This document shows positions 63,497-64,000 of a stretch of DNA of 64,000 nucleotides, piece after piece; the stretch's first letter is position 1, and every line of letters starts with the position of its first letter. This stretch comes from the human T2T-CHM13v2.0 reference genome, Homo sapiens: the NCBI RefSeq assembly GCF_009914755.1, contig NC_060934.1; one strand, 5' to 3'. The notes under the pieces are model-generated. The model saw nothing but the letters and a program-made list of their open reading frames with translations, had not been told where the DNA came from and made no database searches. Both the position numbers and the translations under genes were made by a program.

Positions 63497-64000
63497 TTTT
63501 TTTTTTTTTTTTCAATTAAAGTTTTAGGGTACATGTGCACATTGTGCAGGTTAGTTACATATGTATACATGTGCCATGCTGGTGCGCTGCACCCACCAAC
63601 TCGTCATCTAGCATTAGGTATATCTCCCAATGCTATCCCTCCCCCCTCCCCCCACCCCACAACAGTCCCCAGAGTGTGATATTCCCCTTCTTGTGTCCAT
63701 GTGATTTCATTGTTCAATTCCCACTTATGAGTGAGAATATGCGGTGTTTGGTTTTTTGTTCTTGCGATAATTTACTGAGAATGATGACTTCCAATTTCAT
63801 CCATTTCCCTACAAAGGACATGAACTCATCCTTTTTTATGGCTGCATAGTATTCCACGGTGTATATGTGCCACATTTTCTTAATCCAGTCTATCATTGTT
63901 GGACATTTGGGTTGGTTCCAAGTCTTTGCTATTGTGAATAGTGCTGCAATAAACATACGTGTGCATGTGTCTTTATAGCAGCATGATTTATAGTCCTTTG
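63497..64000 (-). mobile_element. Young L1 (L1PA2-like) 3' end, continues beyond the window
   Basis: Reverse strand ctaatgctagatgacgagttggtgggtgcagcgcaccagcatggc; ORF 63714-63956 is the ORF2 C-terminus. Confidence 0.9.

Overview
Primate (hominoid, most likely human) non-coding genomic DNA dominated by interspersed repeats; no intact cellular protein-coding gene is supported. It contains about 23 Alus, several old L1M/L1PB fragments, one full-length but inactivated L1PA4-like element (51600-57761, 13-bp TSD), the 3' end of a young L1PA2-like element at the right edge, solo LTRs (two MER11, LTR12C, LTR3, LTR9-like, MER49-like, MER57, several MLT1), an ERV1 internal fragment, and Tigger/MER58 DNA transposon fossils. 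The most unusual region is about 8.7-15.4 kb. It holds (i) a ~90-bp Alu-derived element resembling the snaR small-RNA ancestors (ASR/CAS) inserted in an old L1, and (ii) a REP522-like GC-rich element whose core is a large imperfect palindrome with mirror-image CCAAT/octamer/TATA promoters, flanked by oppositely skewed C-rich and G-rich repeats. Repeat subfamily names come from recalled consensus motifs, not from a database search, and boundaries without a TSD are approximate.
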